Assembly (NCBI GenBank): GCA_965203905.1
Contig: CBDBDQ010000005.1
Span: 5,888,001 to 5,952,000, forward strand
Reading direction: 5' to 3'
Source of the DNA: Spirochaetia bacterium
GTDB taxonomy: Bacteria; Spirochaetota; Spirochaetia; SZUA-6; Bin103
Length of the DNA: 64,000 nt
In this document: positions 46,862-56,842 of the stretch, piece by piece
How the letters are laid out: each line of letters opens with the position of its first letter
How positions within the stretch are numbered: the stretch's first letter is position 1
The notes under the pieces: model-generated
Seen by the model: only the letters and a program-made list of their open reading frames with translations
The model's database searches: none
Told to the model about the DNA's origin: nothing
Program-made: the position numbers and the translations under genes

Positions 46862-47019
46862 GCAGCCCGTGACGGAACCCAGCGCGTCGCACCGAGAGCG
46901 GCGAGGCCTGGCTGGCAAGGCGCGACGAACGAGCATATCGGCCATATGTGAGCGAGGAGCAACGCAGCCAGCCGGGATGCATCGCCGCTCAATGCAGCCG
47001 GAGTTTCGCCACGGGCTGC
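46862..47019. mobile_element. MITE-like non-autonomous element (~158 bp)
   Basis: Terminal inverted repeats gcagcccgtgacggaac / gtttcgccacgggctgc (15/17); nested internal stems gagcggcga/tcgccgctc and catat/atatg; no coding capacity. Confidence 0.7.
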
Positions 47020-47048
47020 CAGGCCCGCACAATTCAGGGAGGCGATCA

Positions 47049-48038
47049 ATGATGAAGCGCTTACTATTGGCAGCGGGCATCGTCCTGCTGGCGTCCGCCA
47101 CCTTCGCGGACGAGGTCAAGCCCGCCGTGGTGTTCGACATGGGCGGCAAGTTCGACAAGTCCTTCAACGAGGGGATCTACAACGGCGTCGAGAAGTTCCG
47201 CATGGAGACCGGGATCGAGTACGCCGAGTTCGAAGTGGCCAACGAGGCACAGCGCGAGCAGGCCCTGCGCAACTTCGCGCGCCGCGGCTACAACCCGGTC
47301 ATCGCCGTGGGCTTCGGCCAGGCTCCGGCGCTGGAGAAGGTGGCCGCCGAGTACCCCTACACCAATTTCTCGATCATCGACATGGTAGTGGACCTGCCCA
47401 ACGTGCAGTCGATCGTGTTCAAGGAGCACGAGGGCTCGTTCCTGGTGGGCATGATCGCGGCCCTGGCCTCCGAGACCGGCAAGGTGGGCTTCGTCGGTGG
47501 CATGGATATCCCGCTGATCCGCAGGTTCGCCTGCGGCTACGAGCAGGGCGTGAAGCACGTCAATCCCGACGCCGAGGTGTACCAGAACATGACCGGGACC
47601 ACGCCGGCGGCCTGGAACGACCCGGTGAAAGGCGCGGAGCTGGCCAAGTCGCAGTTCGACCGCGGCGCGGACATCGTGTTCGCCGCGGCCGGCGGCACCG
47701 GGCTCGGCGTGCTGCAGGCCGCCGCCGACGGTGGCAAGCTGTCGATCGGCGTCGACTCCAACCAGAACTACCTGCACCCGGGATCGGTGCTGACCTCGAT
47801 GCTGAAACGGGTAGACGTCGCCGCCTACGACGTATTCAAGACCGCCTTGGACCACACCTGGGAGGCGGGCATCCTTGATCTGGGACTGGCCGAGGACGGC
47901 GTCGGCTGGGCGCTGGACGAGCACAACGAGGCGCTGATCAGCGACGAGATGGAGCAGCAGGTGGAAGCCGCGCGCGCGGCGATCGTCGCCGGCGAGCTGG
48001 CGGTGCACGACTACATGGCGACCAACTCCTGTCCGTAG
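47049..48038 (+). CDS. BMP family ABC transporter substrate-binding protein (nucleoside/purine)
   Basis: GGGAGG RBS; signal peptide; GGKFDKSFN, FKEHEGSFLVG, AAGGTG.GV, IGVDSNQ, TSMLKRVD. Confidence 0.93.
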   Translation: MMKRLLLAAGIVLLASATFADEVKPAVVFDMGGKFDKSFNEGIYNGVEKFRMETGIEYAEFEVANEAQREQALRNFARRGYNPVIAVGFGQAPALEKVAAEYPYTNFSIIDMVVDLPNVQSIVFKEHEGSFLVGMIAALASETGKVGFVGGMDIPLIRRFACGYEQGVKHVNPDAEVYQNMTGTTPAAWNDPVKGAELAKSQFDRGADIVFAAAGGTGLGVLQAAADGGKLSIGVDSNQNYLHPGSVLTSMLKRVDVAAYDVFKTALDHTWEAGILDLGLAEDGVGWALDEHNEALISDEMEQQVEAARAAIVAGELAVHDYMATNSCP

Positions 48039-48049
48039 CGCCGCTACCC

Positions 48050-49636
48050 ATGGGCGACCCGCGAACGGCGGTCGCCCTGCGCGGCATCAACAAGCGGTTC
48101 GGCGCCATCCGCGCCAACCGCGACGTCTCGCTGGAGGTGGCGCAGGGATCGATCCACGGCATCATCGGCGAGAACGGCGCCGGCAAGTCGACCTTGATGA
48201 GCATCCTGTACGGCTTCTACCGGCCGGACTCGGGGAGCATCGAGGTCGACGGCCGCGCCACCGAGATAGCGACTCCGGCGGACGCCATAGCGGCCGGGAT
48301 CGGCATGGTGCACCAGCACTTCATGCTGGTGGAGCCGCTCACCGTGCTGGAGAACGTGCTGCTGGGCGCGGAACAGGGACCGTTGCTGCGCCAGGGGCTG
48401 CGCCGGGCGCGGGCGGCCCTGACCCGCCTGGAGCAGGACTACGGACTCGAGGTAGACCTCGAGGCGCCGGTGGGCGAGTTGCCGGTGGGCCTGCAGCAGC
48501 GGGTGGAGATTCTCAAGGCGCTGTACCGCGGCGCCGACATCCTGATCCTCGACGAGCCCACGGGGGTGCTCACGCCGCAGGAGGCGGACGAGCTGTTCCG
48601 CATCCTGGCGGCGCTCAAGCAGCAGGGCCGCACCATGATCCTGATCACCCACAAGCTGCGCGAGATCATGGCGATCACCGACCGCGTCACCGTGATGCGG
48701 CGCGGCGTGGTGGTGGCCAACGTCGCCACCGCCGACACCTCGCGCGAACAGCTCGCGGAGTTGATGGTCGGCCGCAAGGTGCTGCTGCGGGTGGAGAAGC
48801 GGCCGGCCACACCCGGCGAGGTGCTGCTGCAGGCGGAACATCTCGCCTATACCGACGGCGCCGGGGTGCGCCGGGTCAAGGACCTCAGCCTGAGTGCGCG
48901 GCGCGGCGAGATCGTCGGCATCGCCGGAGTGGCCGGCAACGGCCAGTCGGAGTTGCTGGCACTGCTCTCCGGCATCACGCGGCCGGACAGCGGCGCGCTG
49001 ACGGTGAACGGCACCGTGCTGTACGCCTCCGGGGCGGCGGACGCTCGCGGAGCGAGGGACGCCGGGGTTGACGGTGACGCCGCCGCGGAGGCGGCCGATG
49101 CGCGCCGGACGCGGGCCGCCGGCCTGGGGCACGTGCCGGAGGACCGCCAGCGCATGGGGCTGGTGACCAGCTTCGCGGCCAACGAATCCTCCATCCTGGG
49201 GTATCACGACGACCGCGCCTACAACGGCCCGCTGCTGCTGCACCGGCGCCGGATCATCGCCTCCGCGCAGCGGCAGATGGAGGAGTTCGACGTACGCCCG
49301 GCCGATCCTCTCCTCCGTTGCGACGGCTTCTCCGGCGGCAATCAGCAGAAGATCATCGTCGCCCGCGAGCTGGACCGGGACCCCGACGTGCTGCTGATCG
49401 GCCAGCCCACCCGCGGCCTCGACATCGGGGCCATCGAGTTCATCCATCGCCGCCTGGTTGCGCTGCGCGACCAGGGCAAAGCGATCCTGCTGGTGTCGGT
49501 GGAGCTGGACGAGATCATGTCCCTGAGCGATCGCATCCTGGTGATGTTCGACGGCGCCGTGGCCGGCGAGGTAGCCGGGGAGGAGGCGACGGAACAGACC
49601 CTGGGCGCACTGATGGCCGGAGTCGGGGCGGCCTGA
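48050..49636 (+). CDS. Nucleoside/sugar ABC transporter ATP-binding protein (two NBDs)
   Basis: GENGAGKSTLM, HQHFML, LDEPT, THKL, GVAGNGQ, SGGNQQK, QPTRGLD. Confidence 0.94.
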   Translation: MGDPRTAVALRGINKRFGAIRANRDVSLEVAQGSIHGIIGENGAGKSTLMSILYGFYRPDSGSIEVDGRATEIATPADAIAAGIGMVHQHFMLVEPLTVLENVLLGAEQGPLLRQGLRRARAALTRLEQDYGLEVDLEAPVGELPVGLQQRVEILKALYRGADILILDEPTGVLTPQEADELFRILAALKQQGRTMILITHKLREIMAITDRVTVMRRGVVVANVATADTSREQLAELMVGRKVLLRVEKRPATPGEVLLQAEHLAYTDGAGVRRVKDLSLSARRGEIVGIAGVAGNGQSELLALLSGITRPDSGALTVNGTVLYASGAADARGARDAGVDGDAAAEAADARRTRAAGLGHVPEDRQRMGLVTSFAANESSILGYHDDRAYNGPLLLHRRRIIASAQRQMEEFDVRPADPLLRCDGFSGGNQQKIIVARELDRDPDVLLIGQPTRGLDIGAIEFIHRRLVALRDQGKAILLVSVELDEIMSLSDRILVMFDGAVAGEVAGEEATEQTLGALMAGVGAA

Positions 49637-49637
49637 G

Positions 49638-50765
49638 GTGGCGGCCAACGACCCCGGCTCCGGCCTGCCGCGCTGGGCCGTTTCCGCCCTGCTGCCGCTG
49701 ATCAACCTGCTGGCGGCATTCGCGGTTTCCGGGATCGTGATCGTGGTGCTGGGCGAGAGCCCGGTGCAGGCCCTGGTGAGCCTGGTCCGTGGCGCCTTCG
49801 GCTTCCGCGAGGCGTGGGGCTACACCCTGTACTACGCCACCAACTTCATCTTCACCGCGTTGGCGGTCTCGGTGGCTCTGCATTGCGGGCTGTTCAACAT
49901 CGGCGGCGAGGGCCAGGGCTACATCGGCGGTCTCGGCGTCGGCCTGGTATGCCTGTTTCTCGACGGTCTGCCGTTCCTGCTGCTGGTGCCGCTGGCCGTG
50001 CTCGGCGGGGCCGCCTTCGGGGCGTTGTGGGCGTGGGTACCCGGCTACCTGCAGGCACGGCGCGGCTCGCACGTGGTGATCACCACCATCATGTTCAACT
50101 TCATCGCCGCTACCGTGATGGTCTACCTGCTGGTCAACGTGCTGATCGAACCGGGCCAGATGTCGCCGCAGAGCCGCGCCTTCGCCGAGCACGCCACCCT
50201 GCCGGCGATGCACGAACTGCTGGGCCGGATCGGGATCGACTTCCCGCGCACGCCGCTGAACCTGGCGTTCCCGTTCGCGTTGGTGTGCGGGGCCCTGGTG
50301 TGGATCTACATCTGGCACACGCGCTGGGGCTACGAGCTGCGCACGGTCGGCGCCAACCCCGAGGCCGCGGTCTACGCCGGCATCTCTCCGGCGCGCAACA
50401 TCGTCCGGGCGATGGCGATCTCGGGGGCGCTGGCGGCGATGATGGGGCTGAACGAGGTGATGGGGGTGAACCACCGCCTGCTGCTCAACTTCACCGCCGG
50501 CTACGGCTTCGTCGGCATCGCGGTGTCGCTGATGGGGCGCAACCACCCGCTCGGGATCGTGCTGGCCAGCCTGCTGTTCGGGGCGTTGTACCAGGGCGGC
50601 GCCGAGTTGGCGTTCGAGATGCCCAAGGTGACGCGCGACCTGGTGGTGGTGATCCAGGGGCTGGTGATCCTGTTCGTGGGCGCCCTGGAGTACCTGTTCC
50701 TGCCGGCGCTGCGGCCCTGGTTCCGGGCGCGGCGGCAAGCCCCGGCCGCCGCGGGAGAGGCGTAG
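49638..50765 (+). CDS. Nucleoside ABC transporter permease
   Basis: GLFNIGGEGQ, VITTIMFN, GYELR.VG.N..AA.YAG, GYGF.GIAV.L.GRNHP. Confidence 0.92.
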   Translation: MAANDPGSGLPRWAVSALLPLINLLAAFAVSGIVIVVLGESPVQALVSLVRGAFGFREAWGYTLYYATNFIFTALAVSVALHCGLFNIGGEGQGYIGGLGVGLVCLFLDGLPFLLLVPLAVLGGAAFGALWAWVPGYLQARRGSHVVITTIMFNFIAATVMVYLLVNVLIEPGQMSPQSRAFAEHATLPAMHELLGRIGIDFPRTPLNLAFPFALVCGALVWIYIWHTRWGYELRTVGANPEAAVYAGISPARNIVRAMAISGALAAMMGLNEVMGVNHRLLLNFTAGYGFVGIAVSLMGRNHPLGIVLASLLFGALYQGGAELAFEMPKVTRDLVVVIQGLVILFVGALEYLFLPALRPWFRARRQAPAAAGEA

Positions 50766-50772
50766 CATCACC

Positions 50773-51810
50773 GTGGAGGCCGTGGGATTCTTCATCCTGC
50801 TGCTCGACGCCACCCTGCGGGTGTCGGTGCCGCTGGTCCTGGCAGCAATTGCCGGGCTGTTCTCGGAGCGCTCGGGGATCGTCGACATCGGCCTGGAGGG
50901 CAAGATGCTGGGCGCCGCCTTCGCGGCCGCGGCCGCCTCCTACGTCTGCTCCGAGCGACTGGCGGCTGCCGGGCTGACCGGACTGCTGCCGGCGGCGGCC
51001 TGGGTCGGGCTGCTGGCCGGCGTCGCCGCGTCGATGCTGCTGGCGCTGCTGCACGGCGTCGCCTGCATCCGCTACCACGGCAACCAGATCGTGTCCGGGG
51101 TGGCGATCAACATCCTGATCTCGGGGCTCACCGTGCTGCTCGGAATCGCCTGGTTCAGCCAGGGCGGGCGAACGCCGCAACTGCCGCCGGAGGGACGCTT
51201 CCGCCCGGTGGTGTGGCCCGGTGCCGAGGCAGTGCAGGAGGTGCCGCTGGTCGGCCACCTGTACAGCGAGTTGCTGTCGGGCCACAATGTGCTGGTGTAC
51301 CTCGCCTTTCTGGCGGTGCCGCTGGCGTTCTGGGTGGTCTACCGTACTCGCTTCGGCCTGCGCTTGCGCGCCGTGGGCGAGAATCCGGAAGCGGTGGATA
51401 CCGCCGGCATCTCGGTAGCCGGCATGCGTTACCGCGCGGTGCTGCTGTGCGGAGCGCTGTGTGGAGTTGCCGGAGCCTACCTGTCCACGGCGCAGTCGGC
51501 GGCATTCATCAAGGACATGACCGCGGGCAAGGGCTTCATCGCCCTGGCCGCCCTGGTCTTCGGAAAGTGGCGCCCTGTGCCGACGTTGCTCGGCTGCCTG
51601 CTGTTCGGGTTCCTGGAGGCGGTCGCCGCCCGCCTCCAGGGCGCGTTCGACCTGGACGCCAGCTCGGCGCTGGTACGCGAGCTGGTCGACGCGGCGCCGT
51701 TCATCATCGAGGCGCTCCCCTACGCGCTGGTGGTGCTGCTGCTGGCGGGGTTCGTCGGCCGCGCCATCGCGCCGCGGGCCAGCGGCATCCCCTACGTGAA
51801 GTCGGGCTGA
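50773..51810 (+). CDS. Nucleoside ABC transporter permease
   Basis: SERSG.VDIGLEG.ML, NQIVSGVAIN, FGLRLRAVGENP.A..TAG, G.GFIALAA..FGKW.P. Confidence 0.92.
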   Translation: MEAVGFFILLLDATLRVSVPLVLAAIAGLFSERSGIVDIGLEGKMLGAAFAAAAASYVCSERLAAAGLTGLLPAAAWVGLLAGVAASMLLALLHGVACIRYHGNQIVSGVAINILISGLTVLLGIAWFSQGGRTPQLPPEGRFRPVVWPGAEAVQEVPLVGHLYSELLSGHNVLVYLAFLAVPLAFWVVYRTRFGLRLRAVGENPEAVDTAGISVAGMRYRAVLLCGALCGVAGAYLSTAQSAAFIKDMTAGKGFIALAALVFGKWRPVPTLLGCLLFGFLEAVAARLQGAFDLDASSALVRELVDAAPFIIEALPYALVVLLLAGFVGRAIAPRASGIPYVKSG

Positions 51811-51813
51811 CGG

Positions 51814-53037
51814 ATGCAGAGCATTGCACCGACCGGGCAGGCAGCCATCGTGGAGGCGGCGCTGGGCCGCGGCTCGCTGCGGCGTCCCTCGGCCGCGGCG
51901 CCGTCCTTCGTCGACCTGATCTGCGCCGTGCACCGGGGCGCCGGCGTCGCCGTGCCGCCGAGCACGTTTTGCGAAACCGTGTCGAGTCAGCTGTTCGCAC
52001 GCCACCACCTGGCGCTGGTGCTGGTCGACGGCATGGGCATGAGCGCCCTCGCCGATCCCGGCGCGGCCGATCTGCGGGCCCGCGTGCGGCTGGAGCTGGA
52101 CGCGGTGTTCCCGGCGACTACCGCCTGCGCCATGACCACGGTCGCAACCGGCCGCTGGCCGGCGCAGCATGGCGTTCCGGGCTGGTGGGCATATCTTGCC
52201 GAGCACGACTTGTCGGCCACCGTGCTGCCGTTCCTCGAACGCCACTCCGGGCGCCGGCTGCGCCGGTACGGGGTCAGGGCTGCGGAGATCTGGCCGCTGC
52301 CCTCGCGCTTCGCGGAAGTCACCGGCAACATGGAGGTGCACGTTCCGCTGGTGTACCTGTTGAGCACCTTCAACCGTTATTTGAGCGGCCGCTGTCGCAC
52401 GCACGGCCATCTGTCGCTGCGCCAGGCACAGCGCCGCATCGTGCGCCGCCTGCAAGCCGTTTCCCGCCGCCGGGCGCCCCGCACCATCACCTACTGGTAT
52501 ATCCCCGATTACGACAGCGCTTGCCACACCCACGGTGTCGCCAGCCGGCAGGCGCGCGGGACGCTGCAGCAGATACAGGAGCTGTTGCTGGAGCTGGCGG
52601 CAGCGGCGCCGGACGACAGCCTGGTTGCGGTGACCGCCGATCACGGTCTTATCGACCTGAGCGAAGGGGAGCGCGCGCCGCTGTTCCACGGCGACCCGCT
52701 GCTCGACTGCCTGCGCTGCCCTCCGAGCGGCGAGGCTCGCACGCCTCACTTCCACGTACGTCCCGGCAAGGAGGCGGAACTGGTGCGTCGCGTCGGCGAA
52801 CTGGGCGGCGACCGCCTGGCCCTGCTCAGCAAGGGAGAGGCCGAGGAGCTGCGCCTGTTCGGCCCGGAACCGCTCAGCGCTCTCGCCCACCGCCGCTTCG
52901 GCGACTACGTCGGGATCGCGCTCGCTCCCTTCACCCTCGGCTACTACGAGTCTCCCGACGCCACCTCGCTGCACCACATCGGTGTCCACGGCGGCATGTG
53001 CCCGGCCGAGATCCGCATCCCTCTCGCCATACTCTGA
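51814..53037 (+). CDS. Alkaline phosphatase superfamily protein (nucleotide pyrophosphatase/phosphodiesterase type)
   Basis: LVDG.G, FPATT (Thr nucleophile), D...H..G, TADHG, HGG....E..IP. Confidence 0.87.
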   Translation: MQSIAPTGQAAIVEAALGRGSLRRPSAAAPSFVDLICAVHRGAGVAVPPSTFCETVSSQLFARHHLALVLVDGMGMSALADPGAADLRARVRLELDAVFPATTACAMTTVATGRWPAQHGVPGWWAYLAEHDLSATVLPFLERHSGRRLRRYGVRAAEIWPLPSRFAEVTGNMEVHVPLVYLLSTFNRYLSGRCRTHGHLSLRQAQRRIVRRLQAVSRRRAPRTITYWYIPDYDSACHTHGVASRQARGTLQQIQELLLELAAAAPDDSLVAVTADHGLIDLSEGERAPLFHGDPLLDCLRCPPSGEARTPHFHVRPGKEAELVRRVGELGGDRLALLSKGEAEELRLFGPEPLSALAHRRFGDYVGIALAPFTLGYYESPDATSLHHIGVHGGMCPAEIRIPLAIL

Positions 53038-53329
53038 GCTGTTTCCCCTCCGGCGCACATCGCGCCGGCCGGCTGATCTTCGCGGTAGGCGCCAGAAGCG
53101 CGGGGGCATGACGTTGATTCCTGAAAGTCTCCAGGTCGAAGGGTCCGGGATCGCGCCGGATCTTGTCGTGTAACGGTGCCAGGCTCGCGAAGTCGATACG
53201 CTGGGGCCGGATCAGGAACCCGTCAGGCCCTTCGTGCAACTCGAGCCGGTCACCCGGACCGACACCGAGAGCGTCCAACACCGCCGCGGGAAACGTGACT
53301 TGGCGCCTGGCCGTGATCTTGACTACCAT
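52931..53329 (-). pseudogene. AbrB/MazE/SpoVT-family antitoxin with run-on 3' end; cognate toxin absent
   Basis: VKITARRQVTFPAAVLDALGVGPGD.L AbrB motif; frame continues 107 bp into the convergent gene before a stop. Confidence 0.75.
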
Positions 53330-53455
53330 GCCCGTCACCTGCCTTACCATAACGCTAATCCGGTAAGGCCCAGTCGTCAAGAGGTGCACGCTTGCCCGGC
53401 CTGCTGGTAACCGGTAGCCGCGGCCAGCGTACGCCAACGCGAGGAGGACAGGACA

Positions 53456-54691
53456 ATGCGGGTTCCGAGGGCCATCCCGGTCCGGCTGGCGGCGGCGACG
53501 CTGCTGATGGCGTGCGTGGCGGGCGTCTACGGCGAGGAGCGGGCCGGCCCACCGCTGAAGCTCGGCCTGCTGTTCAACTTCAGCGAGGGGGCCACGGCGC
53601 GCGCCCTGGATCGCAAGCGGGCGTTCGACCTGGCGGTGAAGCACCTCAACGCCGCCGGCGGCGTGCTCGGACAGCCGGTAGAGGTGGCGGTGGGAGACTC
53701 CACCCGGGACCCGGCGGCGGCAGTGGCGGAAGCGCGGCGGCTGGTCGAGGAAACCGGCATCCATGCCCTGGTTGGCCCCAACTCCAGCGCCAACACGCTC
53801 CCGGTTGCCGAGCGGGTGACCGGGCCGGCAGGCATCCCCACCATCACTCCATCCGCCTCCTCGCCGCTGCTAACCGACGCCGCCGACCGCGACTTCCTGT
53901 TTCGCACCGTGCTCTCCGACCGCGCGCAGGGACCGGTCCTGGCGCGCGTCACCCGCGAGCGCGGCGTCGACAACGTGGGGGTGATCTACCGCGACGACGC
54001 CTGGGGCGCCGGACTGGCGGCCGCCTTCGCCGACGCCTGGGACGGCGCGATCTCGGCCGTTGGGTTCGGCCCGGCGCAGACCACCTTTCTTGCCGAGTTG
54101 CGGCGGACGGCCGCCGCGGGCGCGGAGGGGCTGGTGGTGATCGCCTTCGAAACGGAGGCCGTGATCATCGTCCGCGAGGCGATCGAGCACCACCTGTACC
54201 GCCAGTTCACGTTCGGTGACGCGGCCAGGAGCCCGGACGTGGTACGCGAAATCGGCGGTCAGCACCTTGGCGGCATGTACGGCACCGCCGGAGCCACGGC
54301 CCCGGACAACCCGGTCGCGGCCGCCTGGGACGCGGCCTTCGTGGCCGAGTACGGTCAGTTGCCGGCGTTCGCCTACGTCAGGGAGACCTACGACGCGACG
54401 ATCGCGCTGGCCCTGGCGGCACAGGCTGCCGGCAGCACGCGTGGTGCGCTGATCCGCGACCAATTGCGCGCCGTGGGCAGCGCGCCCGGCACGGTGGTAA
54501 GCGCGGGGGCCGAAGGCGTCGCCGCGGCGCTGCGCATTCTGGCGGCTGGCGGAGCCGTCGACTACGAAGGCGCCGCGGTGACGCTGGACTGGGATCGGAA
54601 CGGCGATCTGACGCGCGGCCACATCGGCGTCTGGCGCTTCACGGCCGACGAGCGGATCGAAACCCTGGAGGCGGTGCCGTGGCAGCGTTGA
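53456..54691 (+). CDS. ABC transporter substrate-binding protein, branched-chain amino acid/amide type (orphan)
   Basis: AGGAGG upstream; signal peptide; N.AGGVLG, GP.SS, SASSP.LT, FRT..SD..QG, YDA. Confidence 0.9.
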   Translation: MRVPRAIPVRLAAATLLMACVAGVYGEERAGPPLKLGLLFNFSEGATARALDRKRAFDLAVKHLNAAGGVLGQPVEVAVGDSTRDPAAAVAEARRLVEETGIHALVGPNSSANTLPVAERVTGPAGIPTITPSASSPLLTDAADRDFLFRTVLSDRAQGPVLARVTRERGVDNVGVIYRDDAWGAGLAAAFADAWDGAISAVGFGPAQTTFLAELRRTAAAGAEGLVVIAFETEAVIIVREAIEHHLYRQFTFGDAARSPDVVREIGGQHLGGMYGTAGATAPDNPVAAAWDAAFVAEYGQLPAFAYVRETYDATIALALAAQAAGSTRGALIRDQLRAVGSAPGTVVSAGAEGVAAALRILAAGGAVDYEGAAVTLDWDRNGDLTRGHIGVWRFTADERIETLEAVPWQR

Positions 54692-54700
54692 CCGGACGCA

Positions 54701-55855
54701 TCACCAGAGCCGGTCGGTATGCAGGGCTTCCAGGAGGTCGGGCAGCGGCCACACGTCGATGCCGTCCGGGCTCCGCATGCGGCGCGTACCCGTATAGGTC
54801 AGAATCCGGCGCCGAAGGCCGGGCAGCGGGGCGACGGCACGGAGTCCGGCCAGATGACGATCATGGATCCGCGAGGAGGCCTTGGATTCGATGGCGATGG
54901 CGTCGCCGTCGCGCAACAACAGGAAGTCGACCTCCGTGTCCCGCGCGCGCGCCGGCGCCCAGTAGAACATCTCGTCGAACGCTCCGTGGTAGTCGCGATA
55001 GCTTGCGAGCACCGTGGCGATCCAGCCCTCGAACAGGGAGCCTCGTTCGCGCGGGTCGAGTTCTCGAAGGCGCCCGCCCGCGGCGCGCGCCAAGCCAGGA
55101 TCGATCCAGTACAGCTTGGGGTGCTTCCGTTCCCGGACCCGCAACTTCGGGTCATACGCCGGCAGCCGGAACGCCACCAGCGTGTCCTCCAGGATCTCAA
55201 CGTAACCCGCCAACGTCGTGCGGCTGACTTCGGCGTCGCGGGCGGCGGAAGCCAGGTTGAGCGTCTGGCCGTGAAACAGCGCGGCGACCGGCAGGAAGCG
55301 TGCGAACCCGGACAGGTTCCGAACCAGCGCTTCGCCCTTGATCTCTTCCTTCAGGTAGAGCTGCATGTACGACCGCAACGCCGCAACCCGGTCGTCGGCG
55401 TTCCAGATCACCGGCAGGCTGCCGTGCCGGAGCACCGTCTCCAGGTCGAAGTCGGTCCCCAGCTCGTGTGGCAGAAAGGGATACATGCGGGTGTAGATCG
55501 CGCGCCCGCCCAGGAGGTTCACACCGGCCCGCTTCAACTTGCGCGCCGACGATCCGGTGAGGATGAAACGGAGCCCGCCGCCTTCGATGTGACGGTGGAC
55601 CTCGTTGAGCAGACCGGGCAGCCGCTGTATCTCATCCACGAACACCCAGCCGCCGGGGGCAACCGTCCGCAACTCGGCAGCGAATCGTCCTGCGTCTGCC
55701 AGATAGCTCTGATACAGAGCCTCGTCGAGTAGATCGACGCGATACGCTTCCGGGTATTCATGGCGGACCCAGGTGGTCTTGCCGGTTCCGCGCGGGCCGA
55801 ACAGAAAGAAGGACGAACGCGGTGTCGCCAGCGTACGTGATCGAAACACGCTCAT
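54701..55855 (-). CDS. AAA family ATPase (AAA_14 + DUF4143)
   Basis: FGPRGTGKT, VDEIQ, LTGSSARKL, GSLP, PKLY..DPG, EVDFL...AIESK. Confidence 0.92.
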   Translation of the reverse strand: MSVFRSRTLATPRSSFFLFGPRGTGKTTWVRHEYPEAYRVDLLDEALYQSYLADAGRFAAELRTVAPGGWVFVDEIQRLPGLLNEVHRHIEGGGLRFILTGSSARKLKRAGVNLLGGRAIYTRMYPFLPHELGTDFDLETVLRHGSLPVIWNADDRVAALRSYMQLYLKEEIKGEALVRNLSGFARFLPVAALFHGQTLNLASAARDAEVSRTTLAGYVEILEDTLVAFRLPAYDPKLRVRERKHPKLYWIDPGLARAAGGRLRELDPRERGSLFEGWIATVLASYRDYHGAFDEMFYWAPARARDTEVDFLLLRDGDAIAIESKASSRIHDRHLAGLRAVAPLPGLRRRILTYTGTRRMRSPDGIDVWPLPDLLEALHTDRLW

Positions 55856-55899
55856 GCCAACCCGCAACCGGTACGGCGTGATCTGAAATGTGATAGGTG

Positions 55900-55938
55900 T
55901 GTCGTCATTTTGCGTCGCTTTATGACGACATTATAGCA
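55900..55938 (-). promoter_or_regulatory. Extended -10 promoter plus operator-like inverted repeat for the DUF4143 ATPase
   Basis: TGcTATAAT on minus strand (55930-55938) abutting tgtcgtcat-13 nt-atgacgaca (55900-55930). Confidence 0.65.
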
Positions 55939-55987
55939 TTACCGGCGTGGATGATGCTGCTGCGCGGTGCGGCTCCGGGTTGGAACC

Positions 55988-56016
55988 TTGACGTGGGTCA
56001 TGCCACTGCCTAACGT
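55988..56016 (+). promoter_or_regulatory. Sigma70-type promoter for the PhyH gene
   Basis: TTGACG-17 nt-TAACGT, ATG 11 nt later. Confidence 0.55.
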
Positions 56017-56027
56017 GGAGCGGGCCG

Positions 56028-56795
56028 ATGAGCGATTCCAACTCACCTAGTTCGCACGACCGGTTCGGCAGTGACGGCTTCGTACACCTGCAGGGGTTCT
56101 TCTCGTCCGCTCAGGTGGCGGAGGTGCTGGCCAACGTGGAGCGCTACGTGCGCGACGTGATCCCGGCGGCGCCGGACACGGACGTGTTCTACGAGGACAG
56201 GGAGCGGCCGGAGACGCTCAAGCAGCTGATCCGCGTGCATCATCACGATGCGTACTTTCGGAGTCTTCTCGAAGAGGGCATCTTCCCGCAGACCGCGGCC
56301 GACCTGCTCGGCGAGGCGGTGCGTCCGGTCAATGAGCAGGTGTTCATCAAGCCGCCCGGCGGCGCCAGCCGCGCTACCCCGCCGCACCAGGACGGGTACT
56401 ACTTTCGTCTGGAGCCGTGCGCGGCGACGACGCTGTGGCTGGCCCTCGATGACGTGGATGCCGAAAACGGCTGCCTGCGCTACGTGCGCGGCTCGCATCG
56501 GCGCGGCGTGCGGCCGCATCGACGCACCGGCACCCTCGGCTTCTCGCAGGGCGTAAGCGACTTCGGCACGGCGGAAGACGCGGCCAACGAGGTCGCCTGC
56601 GTGGCCCGCGCCGGCGACCTGATCGCCCACCACGCCCTGACCATCCACCGTGCCGACGAGAACCGCGCCCCCGGCCGTCCGCGCCGTGCGTTGGGGCTGG
56701 TCTACTACGGCGCCAGCGCCGAAGAGCGGACCGAGGAAGCCGAGGCGTATCAGCGCCGGCTGGCCAGCGAAATGAGACAGGCCGGCCGTATCTGA
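56028..56795 (+). CDS. PhyH family Fe(II)/2OG dioxygenase
   Basis: F.KPPG...TPPHQDG.YF, NGCLRYVRGSH, TIH.A..N....RR. Confidence 0.9.
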   Translation: MSDSNSPSSHDRFGSDGFVHLQGFFSSAQVAEVLANVERYVRDVIPAAPDTDVFYEDRERPETLKQLIRVHHHDAYFRSLLEEGIFPQTAADLLGEAVRPVNEQVFIKPPGGASRATPPHQDGYYFRLEPCAATTLWLALDDVDAENGCLRYVRGSHRRGVRPHRRTGTLGFSQGVSDFGTAEDAANEVACVARAGDLIAHHALTIHRADENRAPGRPRRALGLVYYGASAEERTEEAEAYQRRLASEMRQAGRI

Positions 56796-56842
56796 TGCCG
56801 GCGCCGCCGGCGACGCGTGACGTTTAGTCGCCCGCACCCAGG

